A stretch of 64,000 nt of DNA, from assembly GCA_964016885.1 (NCBI GenBank), contig OZ024744.1, positions 131,006,001-131,070,000 on the forward strand, in the 5' to 3' direction. The stretch comes from Eledone cirrhosa (taxonomy: Eukaryota). Of this stretch, positions 23,290 to 36,300 are shown in pieces. The notes beneath the pieces are model-generated. The model did not search any database, had not been told where the DNA came from, and worked only from the letters and a program-made list of their open reading frames with translations. The position numbers were made by a program, and so were the translations under genes. The first letter of the stretch is position 1. Each line of letters starts with the position of its first letter.

Positions 23290-24500
23290 AGTCGGGGTTA
23301 AGTTAAGTTGGCGTTAAGTTAAGTTAGGCTTAACTTAAGTTGGTGTTCAGTTAAGTTGGGGGTAAGTTAAGTTGGGGGTAAGTTAAGTTGTGGTTAAGTT
23401 AAGTTGCGTTTAAGTTGGGGTTAAGTTAAGTTAGGGTTAAGTTAAGTTGGGGTTAAGTTAAGTTGGGGTTAATTTAAATTGGGGTTAAGTTAACTTTGTG
23501 GTTAAGTTAAGTTGGGGTTAAGTTAAGTTGGGGTTAAGTTGGGGTTAATTTAAGTTGGGGCTAAGTTAATTTGTGGTTAAGTTAAGTTGGGGTTAAGTTA
23601 AGTTGGGGTTAAGTTAAGTTGGGGTTGAGTTAAGTTGGGGTTGAGTTAATTTGGGGTTAATTTAAGTTGGGGTTAAGTTAAGTTGGGGCTAAGTTAAGTT
23701 GGGGCTAAGTTAAGTTGGGGCTAAGTTAAGTTGGGGTTAGGTTAAGTCGGGGTTAAGTTAAGTCGGGGTTAAGTTAAGTTGGCGTTAAGTTAAGTTGGGG
23801 TTAATTTAAGTTGGGGTTAAGTTAAGTTGGGGTTAATTTAAGTTGGGGTTAAGTTAAGTTGCGGGTAATTTAAGTTGGGGTTAAGTTAAGTTGGGGTTAA
23901 GTTAAGTTGGGGTTATGTTAAGTTGGTTAGTTAAGTTGAGTTTAAGTTAAGTTGGGGTTAATTTATGTTGGGGTTAAGTTAAGTTGGGGTTAAGTTAAGT
24001 TGGGGTTAATTTAAGTTGGGGTTAAGTTAAGTTGCGGGTAATTTAAGTTGGGGTTAAGTTAAGTTGGGGTTAAGTTAAGTTGGGGTTATGTTAAGTTGGG
24101 GTTAAGTTAAGTTGGGGTTAAGTTAAGTTGGGGCTAAGTTAAGTTGGGGCTGAGTTAAGTTGGGGTTAAGTTAAGTTGGGGTTAAGTTAAGTTGGGGATA
24201 AGTTAAGTTGGGGTTAAGTTAAGTTGGGGTTTATTTAAGTTGGGGTTAATTTAAGTTGGGGTTCAGTTAAGTTGGGGTTAAGTTAAGTTGGGGTTAAGTT
24301 AAGTTGGGGTTAAGTTAAGTTGGGGTTAAGTTAAGTTGGGTTTAAGTTAAGTTGGGGTTAAGTTAAGTTGGGGTCAAGTTAAGTTGGGGTTAAGTTAAGT
24401 TGGTTAGTTAATTTGAGTTTAAGTTAAGTTGGGGTTAATTTTTGTTGGGGTTAAGTTAAGTTGGGGTTAAGTTAAGTTGGGGTTAAGTTAAGTTGGGGTT

Positions 24501-24700
24501 AACCCCAACTTAACTTAACCCCAACTTCACTCAACCCCAACGTAACTCAACCCCAACTTAACTTAACCCCAACTTCACTCAACCCCAACTTAACTTAACC
24601 CCAACTTCACTCAACCCCAACTTAAGTCAACCCCAACTTAACTTAACCCCAACTTGACTTAACCCCAACTTAACTTAGCACCAACTTAACTTAAGCCCAA
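24501..24700 (-). repeat. Inverted cassette 14, subfamily B, 200 bp
   Basis: Matches cassette 6 at offset 14773. Confidence 0.93.
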
Positions 24701-27700
24701 AGTCGGGGTTAAGTTAAGTTGGCGTTAAGTTAAGTTAGGCTTAACTTAAGTTGGGGTTCAGTTAAGTTGGGGGTAAGTTAAGTTGGGGGTAAGTTAAGTT
24801 GGGGTTAAGTTAAGTTGCGTTTAAGTTGGGGTTAAGTTAAGTTAGGGTTAAGTTAAGTTGGGGTTAATTTAAATTGGGGTTAAGTTAACTTTGTGGTTAA
24901 GTTAAGTTGGGGTTAAGTTAAGTTGGGGTTAAGTTGGGGTTAATTTAAGTTGGGGCTAAGTTAATTTGTGGTTAAGTTAAGTTGGGGTTAAGTTAAGTTG
25001 GGGTTAAGTTAAGTTGGGGTTGAGTTAAGTTGGGGTTGAGTTAATTAGGGGTTAAATTAAGTTGGGGTTAAGTTAAGTTGGGGGTAAGTTAAGTTGGGGC
25101 TAAGTTAAGTTGGGGTTAAATTAAGTTGGGGTTACGTTAAGTTGGTGTTAAGTTAAGTTGGGGTTAATTTAAGTTGGGGTTAATTAAGTTGGGGTTAAGT
25201 TAAGTTGGGGTTAAGTTAAGTTGGGGTTTATTTAAGTTGGGGTTAAGTTAAGTTGGGGTTCAGTTAAGTTGGGGTTCAGTTAAGTTGGGGTTAATTTAAG
25301 TTGGGGTTAAGATGGGGTTAAATTAAGTTGGGGTTAAGTTAAGTTTGGGTTAAGTTAAGTTGGGGTTAAGTTAAGTTGGGGTTAAGTTAAGTCGGGGTTA
25401 AGTTAAGTCGGGGTTAAGTTAAGTTAGGGTTCAGTTAAGTTGGGGTTAAGTTAAGTTGGGGTTGAGTTAAGTTGGGGTTGAGTTAAATTGGGGTTGAGTT
25501 AAGTTGGGGTTGAGTTAAGTTGGTGTTGACTTAAGTTGGGGTTAAGTTAAGTTGGGGTTAAGTTAAGTTGCAGTTAAGTTAAGTTGAGGTTAAGTTAAGG
25601 TGCGGTTAAGTTAAGTTGGGGTTAAGTTAAGTTGGGGCTAAGTTAAGTTGGGGCTAATTTAAGTTGGGGCTAAGTTACGTTGGGGTTAGGTTAAGTTGGG
25701 GTTAAGTTAAGTCGGGGTTAAGTTAAGTTGGCGTTAAGTTAAGTTGGGGTTAATTTAAGTTGGGGTTAAGTTAAGTTGGGGTTAAGTTAAGTTGGGGTTA
25801 AGTTAAGTTGGGGTTATGTTAAGTTGGGGTTAAGTTAAGTTGGGGTTAAGTTAAGTTGGGGCTAAGTTAAGTTGGGGCTGAGTTAAGTTGGGGTTAAGTT
25901 AAGTTGGGGTTAAGTTAAGTTTGGGATAAGTTAAGTTGGGGTTAAGTTAAGTTGGGGTTTATTTAAGTTGGGGTTAATTTAAGTTGGGGTTCAGTTAAGT
26001 TGGGGTTCAGTTAAGTTGGGGTTAAGTTAAGTTGGGGTTTATTTAAGTTGGGGTTAATTTAAGTCGGGGTTAAGTTAAGTCGGGGTTCAGTTAATATAGG
26101 GTTAAGTTAAGTTGGGGTTAAGTTAAGTTGGGGTTGTGTTAAGTTGGGGTTGAGTTAAATTGGGGTTGAGTTAAGTTGGGGTTGAGTTAAGTTGGTGTTC
26201 AGTTAAGTTGGGGTTAAGTTAAGTTGGGGTTAATTTAAGTTGCAGTTAAGTTAAGTTGAGGTTAAGTTAAGGTGGGGTTAAGTTAAGTTGGGGTTAGTTT
26301 AAGTTGGGGCTAAGCTAAGTTGGGGCTAAGTTAAGTTGGGGCTAAGTTAAGTTGGGGTTAAGTTAAGTTGGGGTATATTAAGTTGGGGTTAAGTTAAGTT
26401 GGGGTTAAGTTAAGTTGGGGTTAAGTTAAGTTGGGGCTGAGTTAAGTTGGGGCTGAGTTATGTTGGGGCTGAGTTAAGTTGGGGTTAAGTTAAGTTGGGG
26501 TATATTAAGTTGGGGTTAAGTTAAGTTGGGGTTAAGTTAAGTTGGGGTTAAGTTAAGTTGGGGCTGAGTTAAGTCGGGGCTTAGTTAAGGTGGGGCTGAG
26601 TTAAGTTGGGGTTAAGATAAGTTGGGGTTGAGTTAAGTTGGGGTTAAGTTAAGTTGGGGTTAAGTTAAGTTGGGGTTAAGTTGGGGTTAAGTTAAGTTAG
26701 GTTTAAGTTAAGTTGGGTTTAAGTTAAGTTGGGGTTAAGTTAAGTTGGGGTTAAGTTAAGTTGGGTTTAAGTTAAGTTGGGGTTAATTTAAGTTGGGGAT
26801 AAGTTAAGTCGGGGTTAAGTTAAGTTGGTGTTAAGTTAAGTTGGGGTTAAGTTAAGTTGGGGTTAAGTTAAGTTGGGGTTAAGTTAAGTTGGGGTTAAGT
26901 TAAGTTGAGGTTAAGTTAAGTTGGGGTTAAATTAAGTTGGGGTTAAGTTAAGTTGGGGTTAAGTTAAGTTGGGGTTAAGTTAAGTTGGGGATATGTTAAG
27001 TTGGGGATGAGTTAAATTGGGGTTAAGTTAAGTTGGGTTTAAGTTAAGTTGGGGTTAAGTTAAGTTGGGGTTAAGTTAAGTTGGGGTTAAGTTAAGTTGG
27101 TTAGTTAAGTTGAGTTTAAGTTAAGTTGGGGTTAATTTAAATCGGGGTTAAGTTAAGTTAGGGTTAAGTTAAGTTGGGGTTGAGTTAAGTTGGGGTTGAG
27201 TTAAATTGGGGTTGAGTTAAGTTGGGGTTGAGTTAAGTTGGTGTTGAGTTAAGTTGGGGTTAAGTTAAGTTGGGGTTAAGTTAAGTTGTGGTTAAGTTAA
27301 GTTGAGGTTAAGTTAAGTTGGGGTTAAGTTAAGTTGGGGTTAATTTAAGTTGGGGCTAAGTTAAGTTGGGGCTAAGTTAAGTTGGGGTTAAGTTAAGTTG
27401 GGGTCAACTTAAGTTGGGGTTAAGTTAAGTTGGCGTTAAGTTAAGTTGGGGTTAAGTTAAGTTGGGGTTAAGTTAAGTTGGTGTTAAGTTAAGTTGGGGC
27501 TGAGTTAAGTTGGGGCTGAGTTAAGTTGGGGCTGAGTTAAGTTGGGGTTCAGTCAAGTTGGGGTTAAGTTAAGTTGGGGTTATTTTAAGTTGGGGTTTAG
27601 TTAAGTTGGGGTTCATTTAAGTTGGGGTTAAGTTAAGTTTGGGTTAAGTTGGGGTTAAATTAATTTGGGGTTAAATGAAGTTGGGGTTAAGTTAAGTTGG

Positions 27701-28283
27701 GGTTAAGTTAAGTTGGGGTTAATTTAAGTTGGGGTTAAGTTAAGTTGCGGGTAATTTAAGTTGGGGTTAAGTTAAGTTGGGGTTAAGTTAAGTTGGGGTT
27801 AAGTTAAGTTTGGGTTAAGTTAAGTTGGGGTTAAGTTAATTTGGGGTTAAGTTGGGGTTAAGTTAAGTTGGGGTTTATTTAAGTTGGGGTTAAGTTAAGT
27901 TGGGGTTCAGTTAAGTTGGGGTTCAGTTAAGTTGGGGTTAAGTTAAGCTGGGGTTAAGATGGGGTTAAATTAAGTTGGGGTTAAGTTAAGTTGGTTAGTT
28001 AAGTTGAGGTTAAGTTAAGTTGGGCTTAAGTTAAGTTGGGGTTAATTTAAGTTGGGGTTAAGTTAAGTTGGGGTTAAGTTAAGTTGGGGTTAAGTCAAGT
28101 TGGGGTTAAGTTAAGTTGGGGTTGAGTTAAGTTGGGGTTGAGTGAAGTTGGGGTTAAGTTAAGTTGGGGTTAAGTTAAGTTGGGGTTAAGTTAAGTTGGG
28201 GTCAAGTTAAGTTAGGGTTAAGTTAAGTTGGGGTTAAGTTAAGTTGGCGTTAAGTTAATTTGTGGTTAAGTTAAGTTGGGGTT

Positions 28284-28483
28284 AACCCCAACTTAACTTA
28301 ACCCCATTTTCACTCAAACCCAACTTAACTCAACCCCAACTTAACTTAACCCCAGCTTCACTCAACCCCAACTTAACTTAACCCCAACTTCACTCAACCC
28401 CAACTTAACTCAACCCCAACTTAACTTAACCCCAACTTGACTTAACCCCAACTTAACTTAACCCCAACTTAACTTAACCCCAA
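28284..28483 (-). repeat. Inverted cassette 15, subfamily A, 200 bp
   Basis: CCCCATTTTCACTCAAACCC and CCCCAGCTTC markers; ends CCCCAAAGTCGGGG. Confidence 0.93.
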
Positions 28484-29825
28484 AGTCGGGGTTAAGTTAA
28501 GTTGGGGGTAAGTTAAGTTGGGATTAAGTTGGGGTTAAGTTAAGTTAGGGTTAAGTTAAGTTGGGGTTAAGTTAAGTTGGGGTTAAGTTGGGGTTAAATT
28601 AAGTTGGGGCTAAGTTAATTTGTGGTTAAGTTAAGTTGGGGTTAAGTTAAGTTGGGGTTAAGTTAAGTTGCGTTTAAGTTGGGGTTAAGTTAAGTTAGGG
28701 TTAAGTTAAGTTGGGGTTAAGTTAAGTTGGGGTTAATTTAAATTGGGGTTAAGTTAACTTTGTGGTTAAGTTAAGTTGGGGTTAAGTTAAGTTGGGGTTA
28801 AGTTGGGGTTAATTTAAGTTGGGGCTAAGTTAATTTGTGGTTAAGTTAAGTTGGGGTTAAGTTAAGTTGGGGTTAAGTTAAGTTGGGGTTGAGTTAAGTT
28901 GGGGTTGAGATAATTTGGGGTTAATTTAAGTTGGGGTTAAGTTAAGTTGGGTTTTAGTTAAGTTGGGGTTAAATTAAGTTGGGGTTAAATTAAGTTGGGG
29001 TTAAGTTAAGTTGGGGGTAAGTTAAGTTGGGGGCAAGTTAAGTTGGGGCTAAGTTAAGTTGGGGTTAAATTAAGTTGGGGTTACGTTAAGTTGGTGTTAA
29101 GTTAAGTTGGGGTTAATTTAAGTTGGGGTTAATTAAGTTGGGGTTAAGTTAAGTTGGGGTTAAGTTAAGTTGGGGTTTATTTAAGTTGGGGTTAAGTTAA
29201 GTTGGGGTTCAGTTAAGTTGGGGTTCAGTTAAGTTGGGGTTAAGTTAAGTTGGGGTTAAGATGGGGTTAAATTAAGTTGGGGTTAAGTTAAGTTGGGGTT
29301 AAGTTAAGTTGGGGTTAAGTTAAGTCGGGGTTAAGTTAAGTCGGGGTTAAGTTAAGTTAGGGTTGAGTTAAGTTGGGGTTAAGTTAAGTTGGGGTTGAGT
29401 TAAGTTGGGGTTGAGTTAAATTGGGGTTGAGTTAAGTTGGGGTTGAGTTAAGTTGGTGTTGAGTTAAGTTGCGGTTATGTTAAGTTGGGGTTAAGTTAAG
29501 TTGGGGTTAAGTTAAGTTGGGGCTAAGTTAAGTTGGGGCTGAGTTAAGTTGGGGTTAAGTTAAGTTGGGGTTAAGTTAAGTCGGGGTTAAGTTAAGTTGG
29601 GGTTAAGTTAAGTTGGGGTTAAGTTAAGTTGGGGTTAAGTTAAGTTGGGGTTAAGTTAAGTTGGGTTTAAGTAAAGTTGGGGTTAAGTTAAGTTGGGGTC
29701 AAGTTAAGTTTGGGTTAAGTTAAGTTGGTTAGTTAAGTTGAATTTAAGTTAAGTTGGGGTTAATTTATGTTGGGGTTAAGTTAAGTTGGGGTTAAGTTAA
29801 GTTGGGGTTAAGTTAAGTTGGGGTT

Positions 29826-30025
29826 AACCCCAACTTAACTTAACCCCAACTTCACTCAACCCCAACGTAACTCAACCCCAACTTAACTTAACCCCAACTT
29901 CACTCAACCCCAACTTAACTTAACCCCAACTTCACTCAACCCCAACTTAAGTCAACCCCAACTTAACTTAACCCCAACTTGACTTAACCCCAACTTAACT
30001 TAGCACCAACTTAACTTAAGCCCAA
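29826..30025 (-). repeat. Inverted cassette 16, subfamily B, 200 bp
   Basis: Dyad start; TAGCACCAAC; ends AAGCCCAAAGTCGGGG. Confidence 0.93.
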
Positions 30026-30869
30026 AGTCGGGGTTAAGTTAAGTTGGCGTTAAGTTAAGTTAGGCTTAACTTAAGTTGGGGTTCAGTTAAGTTGGGGGTA
30101 AGTTAAGTTGGGGGTAAGTTAAGTTGTGGTTAAGTTAAGTTGCGTTTAAGTTGGGGTTAAGTTAAGTTAGGGTTAAGTTAAGTTGGGGTTAAGTTAAGTT
30201 GGGGTTAATTTAAATTGGGGTTAAGTTAACTTTGTGGTTAAGTTAAGTTGGGGTTAAGTTAAGTTGGGGTTAAGTTGGGGTTAATTTAAGTTGGGGCTAA
30301 GTTAATTTGTGGTTAAGTTAAGTTGGGGTTAAGTTAAGTTGGGGTTAAGTTAAGTTGGGGTTGAGTTAAGTTGAGGTTGAGTTAATTTGGGGTTAATTTA
30401 AGTTGGGGTTAAGTTAAGTTGGGTTTAAGTTAAGTTGGGGTTAAATTAAGTTGGGGTTAAATTAAGTTGGGGTTAAGTTAAGTTGGGGGTAAGTTAAGTT
30501 GGGGGCAAGTTAAGTTGGGGCTAAGTTAAGTTGGGGTTAAATTAAGTTGGGGTTACGTTAAGTTGGTGTTAAGTTAAGTTGGGGTTAATTTAAGTTGGGG
30601 TTAATTAAGTTGGGGTTAAGTTAAGTTGGGGTTAAGTTAAGTTGGGGTATATTTAAGTTGGGGTTAAGTTAAGTTGGGGTTCAGTTAAGTTGGGGTTCAG
30701 TTAAGTTGGGGTTAAGTTAAGTTGGGGTTAAGATGGGGTTAAATTAAGTTGGGGTTAAGTTAAGTTGGGGTTAAGTTAAGTTGGGGTTAAATTAAGTTGG
30801 GGTTAAGTTAAATCGGGGTTAAGTTAAGTCGGGGTTAAGTTAAGTTAGGGTTCAGTTAAGTTGGGGTTA

Positions 30870-32500
30870 AGTTAAGTTGGGGTTGAGTTAAGTTGGGGTT
30901 GAGTTAAATTGGGGTTGAGTTAAGTTGGGGTTGAGTTAAATTGGGGTTAAGTTAAGTTGGGGTTAAGTTAAGTTGGGGCTAAGTTAAGTTGGGGCTGAGT
31001 TAAGTTGGGGTTAAGTTAAGTTGGGGTTAAGTTAAGTTGGGGATAAGTTAAGTTGGGGTTAAGTTAAGTTGGGGTTTATTTAAGTTGGGGTTAATTTAAG
31101 TTGCAGTTAAGTTAAGTTGAGGTTAAGTTAAGGTGCGGTTAAGTTAAGTTGGGGTTAAGTTAAGTTGGGGCTAAGTTAAGTTGGGGCTAAGTTAAGTTGG
31201 GGCTAAGTTAAGTTGGGGTTAGGTTAAGTTGGGGTTAAGTTAAGTCGGGGTTAAGTTAAGTTGGCGTTAAGTTAAGTTGGGGTTAATTTAAGTTGGGGTT
31301 AAGTTAAGTTGGGGTTAATTTAAGTTGGGGTTAAGTTAAGTTGAGGGTAATTTAAGTTGGGGTTAAGTTAAGTTGGGGTTAAGTTAAGTTGGGGTTATGT
31401 TAAGTTGGGGTTAAGTTAAGTTGGGGTTGAGTAAAGTTTTGGCTAAGTTAAGTTGGGGCTGAGTTAAGTTGGGGTTAAGTTAAGTTGGGGTTAAGTTAAG
31501 TTGGGGATAAGTTAAGTTGGGGTTAAGTTAAGTTGGGGTTTATTTAAGTTGGGGTTAATTTAAGTTGGGGTTCAGTTAAGTTGGGGTTAAGTTAAGTTGG
31601 GGTTAAGTTAAGTTGGGGTTAAGTTAAGTTGGGGTTAAGTTAAGTTGGGTTTAAGTTAAGTTGGGGTTAAGTTAAGTTGGGGTTAAGTTAAGTTGGGGTT
31701 GAGTTAAGTTGGGGTTGAGTTAAATTGGGGTTGAGTTAAGTTGGGGTTGAGTTAAATTGGGGTTAAGTTAAGTTGGGGTTAAGTTAAGTTGGGGCTAAGT
31801 TAAGTTGGGGCTGAGTTAAGTTGGGGTTAAGTTAAGTTGGGGTTAAGTTAAGTTGGGGATAAGTTAAGTTGGGGTTAAGTTAAGTTGGGGTTTATTTAAG
31901 TTGGGGTTAATTTAAGTTGCAGTTAAGTTAAGTTGAGGTTAAGTTAAGGTGCGGTTAAGTTAAGTTGGGGTTAAGTTAAGTTGGGGCTAAGTTAAGTTGG
32001 GGCTAAGTTAAGTTGGGGCTAAGTTAAGTTGGGGTTAGGTTAAGTTGGGGTTTAGTTAAGTCGGGGTTAAGTTAAGTTGGCGTTAAGTTAAGTTGGGGTT
32101 AATTTAAGTTGGGGTTAAGTTAAGTTGGGGTTAATTTAAGTTGGGGTTAAGTTAAGTTGAGGGTAATTTAAGTTGGGGTTAAGTTAAGTTGGGGTTAAGT
32201 TAAGTTGGGGTTATGTTAAGTTGGGGTTAAGTTAAGTTGGGGTTGAGTAAAGTTTTGGCTAAGTTAAGTTGGGGCTGAGTTAAGTTGGGGTTAAGTTAAG
32301 TTGGGGTTAAGTTAAGTTGGGGATAAGTTAAGTTGGGGTTAAGTTAAGTTGGGGTTTATTTAAGTTGGGGTTAATTTAAGTTGGGGTTCAGTTAAGTTGG
32401 GGTTAAGTTAAGTTGGGGTTAAGTTAAGTTGGGGTTAAGTTAAGTTGGGGTTAAGTTAAGTTGGGTTTAAGTTAAGTTGGGGTTAAGTTAAGTTGGGGTC
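30870..32500 (+). repeat. Direct tandem duplication, 816-bp period (51 monomers); boundaries approximate
   Basis: Private marker GTAAAGTTTTGGCT at 31431 and 32247; GAGGGTAATT also occurs twice. Confidence 0.8.
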
Positions 32501-33102
32501 AAGTTAAGTTGGGGTTAAGTTAAGTTGGTTAGTTAAGTTGAGTTTAAGTTAAGTTGGGGTTAATTTATGTTGGGGTTAAGTTAAGTTGGGGTTAAGTTAA
32601 GTTGGGGTTAATTTAAGTTGGGGTTAAGTTAAGTTGCGGGTAATTTAAGTTGGGGTTAAGTTAAGTTGGGGTTAAGTTAAGTTGGGGTTATGTTAAGTTG
32701 GGGTTAAGTTAAGTTGGGGTTAAGTTAAGTTGGGGCTAAGTTAAGTTGGGGCTGAGTTAAGTTGGGGTTAAGTTAAGTTGGGGTTAAGTTAAGTTGGGGA
32801 TAAGTTAAGTTGGGGTTAAGTTAAGTTGGGGTTTATTTAAGTTGGGGTTAATTTAAGTTGGGGTTCAGTTAAGTTGGGGTTAAGTTAAGTTGGGGTTAAG
32901 TTAAGTTGGGGTTAAGTTAAGTTGGGTTTAAGTTAAGTTGGGGTTAAGTTAAGTTGGGGTCAAGTTAAGTTGGGGTTAAGTTAAGTTGGTTAGTTAAGTT
33001 GAGTTTAAGTTAAGTTGGGGTTAATTTATGTTGGGGTTAAGTTAAGTTGGGGTTAAGTTAAGTTGGGGTTAAGTTAAGTTGGGGTTAAGTTAAGTTGGGG
33101 TT

Positions 33103-33302
33103 AACCCCAACTTAACTTAACCCCAACTTCACTCAACCCCAACGTAACTCAACCCCAACTTAACTTAACCCCAACTTCACTCAACCCCAACTTAACTTAA
33201 CCCCAACTTCACTCAACCCCAACTTAAGTCAACCCCAACTTAACTTAACCCCAACTTGACTTAACCCCAACTTAACTTAGCACCAACTTAACTTAAGCCC
33301 AA
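33103..33302 (-). repeat. Inverted cassette 17, subfamily B (AAAGCC junction), 200 bp
   Basis: Dyad start; ends AAGCCCAAAGCCGGGG. Confidence 0.93.
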
Positions 33303-36300
33303 AGCCGGGGTTAAGTTAATTTGGCGTTAAGTTAAGTTAGGCTTAACTTAAGTTGGGGTTCAGTTAAGTTGGGGGTAAGTTAAGTTGGGGGTAAGTTAAG
33401 TTGGGGTTAAGTTAAGTTGCGTTTAAGTTGGGGTTAAGTTAAGTTAGGGTTAAGTTAAGTTGGGGTTAAGTTAAGTTGGGGTTAATTTAAATTGGGGTTA
33501 AGTTAACTTTGTGGTTAAGTTAAGTTGGGGTTAAGTTAAGTTGGGGTTAAGTTGGGGTTAATTTAAGTTGGGGCTAAGTTAATTTGTGGTTAAGTTAAGT
33601 TGGGGTTAAGTTAAGTTGGGGTTAAGTTAAGTTGGGGTTGAGTTAAGTTGGGGTTGAGTTAATTTGGGGTTAAATTAAGTTGGGGTTAAGTTAAGTTGGG
33701 GGTAAGTTAAGTTGGGGCTAAGTTAAGTTGGGGTTAAATTAAGTTGGAGTTACGTTAAGTTGGTGTTAAGTTAAGTTGGGGTTAATTTAAGTTGGGGTTA
33801 ATTAAGTTGGGGTTAAGTTAAGTTGGGGTTAAGTTAAGTTGGGGTTTATTTAAGTTGGGGTTAAGTTAAGTTGGGGTTCAGTTAAGTTGGGGTTCAGTTA
33901 AGTTGGGGTTAAGTTAAGTTGGGGTTAAGATGGGGTTAAATTAAGTTGGGGTTAAGTTAAGTTGGGGTTAAGTTGAGTTGGGGTTAAGTTAAGTTGGGGT
34001 TAAGTTAAGTCGGGGTTAAGTTAAGTCGGGGTTAAGTTAAGTTAGGGTTCAGTTAAGTTGGGGTTAAGTTAAGTTGGGGTTGAGTTAAGTTGGGGTTGAG
34101 TTAAATTGGTGTTGAGTTAAGTTGGGGTTAAGTTAAGTTGGGGTTAAGTTAAGTTGCAGTTAAGTTAAGTTGAGGTTAAGTTAAGGTGCGGTTAAGTTAA
34201 GTTGGGGTTAAGTTAAGTTGGGGCTAAGTTAAGTTGGGGCTAAGTTAAGTTGGGGCTAAGTTACGTTGGGGTTAGGTTAAGTTGGGGTTAAGTTAAGTCG
34301 GGGTCAAGTTAAGTTGGCGTTAAGTTAAGTTGGGGTTAATTTAAGTTGGGGTTAAGTTAAGTTGGGGTTAATTTAAGTTGGGGTTAAGTTAAGTTGCGGG
34401 TAATTTAAGTTGGGGTTAAGTTAAGTTGGGGTTAAGTTAAGTTGGGGTTATGTTAAGTTGGGGTTAAGTTAAGTTGGGGTTAAGTTAAGTTGGGGCTAAG
34501 TTAAGTTGGGGCTGAGTTAAGTTGGGGTTAAGTTAAGTTGGGGATAAGTTAAGTTGGGGTTAAGTTAAGTTGGGGTTTATTTAAGTTGGGGTTAATTTAA
34601 GTTGGGGTTCAGTTAAGTTGGGGTTCAGTTAAGTTGGGGTTAAGTTAAGTTGGGGTTTATTTAAGTTGGGGTTAATTTAAGTCGGGGTTAAGTTAAGTCG
34701 GGGTTAAGTTAAGATAGGGTTAAGTTAAGTTGGGGTTAAGTTAAGTTGGGGTTGTGTTAAGTTGGGGTTGAGTTAAATTGGGGTTGAGTTAAGTTGGGGT
34801 AAAGTTAAGTTGGTGTTGAGTTAAGTTGGGGTTAAGTTAAGTTGGGGTTAATTTAAGTTGCAGTTAAGTTAAGTTGAGGTTAAGTTAAGGTGGGGTTAAG
34901 TTAAGTTGGGGTTAATTTAAGTTGGGGCTAAGCTAAGTTGGGGCTAATTTAAGTTGGGGCTAAGTTAAGTTGGGGTTAAGTTAGGTTGGGGTATATTAAG
35001 TTGGGGTTAAGTTAAGTTGGGGTTAAGTTAAGTTGGGGTTAAATTAAGTTGGTGTTAAGTTAAGTTGGGGCTGAGTTAAGTTGGGGCTGAGTTAAGTTGG
35101 GGCTGAGTTAAGTTGGGGTTAAGATAAGTTGGGGTTGAGTTAAGTTGGGGTTAAGTTAAGTTGGGGTTAAGTTAAGTTGGGGTTAAGTTGGGGTTAAGTT
35201 AAGTTAGGTTAAAGTTAAGTTGGGTTTAAGTTAAGTTGGGGTTAAGTTAAGTTGGGGTTAAGTTAAGTTGGGTTTAAGTTAAGTTGGGGTTAAGTTAAGT
35301 TGGGGTTAAGTTAAGTCGGGGTTAAGTTAAGTTGGGTTTAAGTTAAGTTGGGGTTAAGTTAAGTTGGGGTTAAGTTAAGTTGGGGTTAAGTTAAGTTGGT
35401 TAGTTAAGTTGAGTTTAAGTTAAGTTGGGGTTAATTTAAGTCGGGGTTAAGTTAAGTTAGGGTTAAGTTAAGTTGGGGTTGAGTTAAGTTGGGGTTGAGT
35501 TAAATTGGGGTTGAGTTAAGTTGGGGTTGAGTTAAGTTGGTGTTGAGTTAAGTTGGGGTTAAGTTAAGTTGGGGTTAAGTTAAGTGGTGGTTAAGTTAAG
35601 TTGAGGTTAAGTTAAGTTGGGGTTAAGTTAAGTTGGGGTTGAGTTAAGTTGGGGTTGAGTTAATTTGGGGTTAATTTAAGTTGGGGTTAAGTTAAGTTGG
35701 GTTTAAGTTAAGTTGGGGTTAAATTAAGTTGGGGTTAAATTAAGTTGGGGTTAAGTTAAGTTGGGGGTAAGTTAAGTTGGGGGCAAGTTAAGTTGAGGCT
35801 AAGTTAAGTTGGGGTTAAATTAAGTTGGGGTTACGTTTAGTTGGTGTTAAGTTAAGTTGGGGTTAATTTAAGTTGGGGTTAATTAAGTTGGGGTTAAGTT
35901 AAGTTGGGGTTAAGTTAAGATGGGGTTTATTTAAGTTGGGGTTAAGTTAAGTTGGGGTTCAGTTAAGTTGGGGTTCAGTTAAGTTGGGGTTAAGTTAAGT
36001 TGGGGTTAAGATGGGGTTAAATTAAGTTGGGGTTAAGTTAAGTTGGGGTTAAGTTAAGTTGGGGTTAAATTAAGTTGGGGTTAAGTTAAATCGGGGTTAA
36101 GTTAAGTCGGGGTTAAGTTAAGTTAGGGTTCAGTTAAGTTGGGGTTAAGTTAAGTTGGGGTTGAGTTAAGTTGGGGTTGAGTTAAATTGGGGTTGAGTTA
36201 AGTTGGGGTTGAGTTAAATTGGGGTTAAGTTAAGTTGGGGTTAAGTTAAGTTGGGGCTAAGTTAAGTTGGGGCTGAGTTAAGTTGGGGTTAAGTTAAGTT

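Larger units (their letters stand above)
10369..25141 (+). repeat. Higher-order repeat unit of ~14.8 kb (flanked by a 10,368-bp deleted copy at 1-10368 and a partial copy from 25142)
   Basis: The same variant string starts at 1, 10369 and 25142. Cassette offsets are 10368 (2876/13244, 4245/14613) and 14773 (6832/21605, 8317/23090, 9728/24501). Confidence 0.85.
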
